A DNA stretch of 63,737 nt, the filler included, from Calcarisporiella thermophila CBS 279.70 (lineage: Eukaryota; Fungi; Calcarisporiellomycota): the NCBI RefSeq assembly GCF_041956535.1. It is 11 parts of 11 records of this genome, joined end to end, with 100 filler letters (N's around TTAATTAATTAA, not from the genome) between each part and the next. Parts side by side here need not be neighbours in the genome. Positions count along the whole stretch, not along the records: positions 61,935 to 63,737 come from NW_027192203.1; 10 more parts are not named here. One strand, given 5' to 3'. Each line of letters starts with the position of its first letter. Position 1 is the first letter of the stretch. Below, one piece after another: positions 63,271 to 63,737 of the stretch. The notes beneath the pieces were generated by a model. It had not been told where the DNA came from, did not search any database, and worked only from the letters and a program-made list of their open reading frames with translations. Position numbers and translations under genes: made by a program.

Positions 63271-63737
63271 ACTATAAGGAATATAAGGAAGGACACTTGG
63301 TTTTGCAAAGAAAAAATAAAGACAAGGTTTATTCTAAAGACAAAAAGGGAAATTGACTAAAGAAAACTAAGGGAAAAGTGACATTGAGTGATTCCTAAAA
63401 CTAATTCTGACGAATGATCGTGTGTCTTAAATAATGTAAAAAGGATAAAAGTATAACTAAGCTAAAGTGGGTTTTCATGGGTAAATGCTTGTATTGTTCT
63501 TGGCGGATGGGTGTTGCTTGGTCTTTGATGGATCAAGGTCGATGCTAAGCAAAGGTTCCAAGGACATTGAACTTGGCTAAGTTCATTTCCTTACAGAAAC
63601 CGCCAACACCGCCGTATCTACTAAATGATATTCTAACCTTCCTCATCAATGGAGGAAGGATAGAATGTAGATCACTCCGGCGACAAGCCTTTTTGGAGCA
63701 GAACATGCCGATACAATCGTAAATGGAGCGTAGATAC

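Overview
Eukaryotic, intron-rich, AT-rich fungal DNA. It is most consistent with an early-diverging fungus (Zoopagomycota/Mucoromycota-like; this is inference, not identification). The window is not contiguous: ten 100-nt linkers (N44-TTAATTAATTAA-N44) join eleven separate contigs. The first contig (1-29408) begins with an accessory block: tRNA-Asp, an A-T-TE NRPS-like synthetase, a secreted isochorismatase-like protein, a PEBP, a DHA1 MFS pump and a GPI-type orphan. Core genes follow: CSN5, TatD, RWD/Gir2, Cys2-type acyltransferase, IDO, Rtp1, CofD/YvcK-like, Pho88 and a P450. The ten short contigs are rich in transposon debris (L1/Tx1-type LINEs, Tc1 DD34E, DIRS, solo LTRs, MITEs, a tRNA-derived SINE-like head). 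They also hold scattered genes: SDRs, ADP/ATP carrier, a RebM-like methyltransferase, an F-box fragment, two GST-fold proteins, a Crinkler NTPase-REase and a beta carbonic anhydrase. Best leads: (1) the aryl-pyruvate-dimerising-type A-T-TE enzyme and its neighbours; (2) an actinobacterial-type methyltransferase and a GC-rich ascomycete-type GST-like gene as horizontal-transfer candidates; (3) an element family whose ends abut tRNA T-loop sequence; (4) LINE tails stacked on one target motif; (5) a Crinkler gene broken only by a homopolymer slip. Family assignments come from motif recognition alone; no database search was run.
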